This document shows, one piece after another, positions 62,622 through 64,000 of a DNA stretch of 64,000 bases. The first letter of the stretch is position 1. Every line of letters begins with the position of its first letter. The notes under the pieces were generated by a model that did not search any database, was not told where the DNA came from, and was given only the letters and a program-made list of their open reading frames with translations. This DNA comes from Phaeosaccion multiseriatum (Eukaryota > Protista > Ochrophyta, other classes): NCBI GenBank assembly GCA_965112735.1, contig OZ218957.1, forward strand, positions 2,852,001-2,916,000, written 5' to 3'. The position numbers and the translations under genes are program-made.

Positions 62622-64000
62622 TTAACGTACGGTACTGTCCTTGCGGCACTTGGTGCAGCAGCAGGCCAGATAGTCGCACAGAGGGCCCAGCAAGGTGATG
62701 GTGCCGGGGCTGTGTGCAAGCCTAAGGTCATCGCGCGACACCGTGAGGAAAGTCTCCGTATTGTTTCCGTGATGCTCCTCCTCCTCCTCCTTTCGATGAA
62801 GCAGCTGGACACGCACGGTGTTGGTGGCATTGTCGGCCGCAGGCTCTACCACGCGAGCGAGCGCTATGACGGTCGAGGAGGGGTGCTTTTCGTTGTTGTG
62901 GTCTGAACGGCTGCCGTTGACTTTCTGCTCCTCCTCCTCCTCCTCACCTCCGAAGACGTGCATGGGTGCAAGTACCTTGTCGGAGGAGGGCTTCGGCCGC
63001 CGCACGTGCACAAGTCTCCCCTGCAGTGGGGGTGCGTGTGTGTAGCGACAGACGGAGGGACAGATAGACCGACAGACAGCGAGATGTAGGAGTGAGTGAG
63101 CGAGTGAGTGAGTGAGTGCGTAAGTGAGTTACTGGCGGAGCGGATTGATTGGCGTGAATTGGCGGTGTGAGCAGTCGAGAAGAAGAAGAAGAGAGAGAGA
63201 AAGAGATACGGGGACGGGGAGGGGCAGGGGGGGTGCGAGGAAGGGGCGACCCAGGACACTTCGCTCTCGCCCGCTTCCTCTTCTTCTTTGCTTCTGCTCC
63301 GCCCTTCGTTCTTTCTCTCTCTCCTCTACATCTTTACCTTCTTGGCCGCTGCCTTTGCCCCCCATCGCTGCTCTGGTCCGAAGGCGGCCAGGTAGGCAGA
63401 GAAGGGCAGCAGTGAAAATACAACTGACTGGAGGATGAGGAAGAAGATGAAACCGCCAAACTTGGTGAAGAACACCGTGTAGGCGAAGAGTAAGGGAAAC
63501 ACGGCCCCGAGTGTTGATACGGCACCACTAATCGTATCGAAGGGGAGGGAGGGAGGGAGGGGAGGGGGGTATGCGTGTGTGCGTGCGTGCATTTAGAGGG
63601 GGGGGGGGGGGGGGGCAGGATGGGGGGGGGGGGTGAGAAGAGTGAGAGAAGTACAACAGGCGGCTGTTCACTTCGTCTCACCCATCACCAGCAGCGTTAA
63701 TGGAAGTCGTCTTCACACAGCACATCACATTGCCAAAGGGTTCCTGCAAACGCTCTTCTCTTTCGGCCCTCCGCCTCCCTCTGATGGGAGCAGACAGCTC
63801 GCCGTCGCTCGCTCCCTCGGTCCCTCACCCCCACCCTCTCTCTGTCTCTCTCTGTCTCTCCCTCCCTCTATCCCTCTATCCCTCTGTTCCTCCCCCCCTC
63901 CCTCCCTCCCTCCCTCACCTCAGCACCGACATGCCCATGATGCCGAGCATGTCTCTGGTGCGATCCTCTCGAGTCTTGGATGGGCTCTCGAGGTACGAGT
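62622..64000 (-). CDS. 3' part of Patched/Dispatched/NPC1-like RND membrane protein (partial)
   Basis: Exons 64000-63919, 63528-63338 and 63021-62622. YLESP..REDRTRDMLGIMGMSVLSGAVSTLGAVFPLLFA...FFTKFG...FSLLPFSAYLAAFGP is the typical final TM block. Confidence 0.85.

Overview
Gene-dense, GC-rich eukaryotic nuclear DNA from a flagellated protist. DRC7 is present, and a stramenopile/ochrophyte-like alga is my inference only. Spliceosomal introns (GT-AG, two GC-AG) are packed with micro- and minisatellites, so most ORFs in the supplied track are artefacts. Manual splicing gives about 17 genes: an EF-hand-like protein, a TM-ankyrin protein, an ARM-repeat protein, two intact F-box-like/'CPW'-ankyrin genes (plus 2-3 decayed copies), a GDPGP1/VTC2-like HIT phosphorylase, PIG-X, an IQ-motif protein, a putatively myristoylated orphan, a highly divergent kinesin-3-like motor, a bacterial-looking small ORF, a low-complexity orphan, DRC7, VAC14, a DHA1-type MFS transporter, a BTB protein and the 3' end of a Patched/Dispatched-like RND protein. 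Mobile or structured DNA includes a 530-bp MITE (30-bp TIR, 6-bp TSD), a ~350-bp palindrome between head-to-head CPW-ankyrin copies, a TTTGAC fold-back element and a copia relic. The three best leads are (i) the dispersed, birth-and-death F-box/CPW-ankyrin family with its hairpin, (ii) an intron architecture of complementary ends, private minisatellites and duplicated splice junctions, and (iii) a kinesin with altered catalytic motifs. All exon coordinates were derived by eye and may be off by a few bases.
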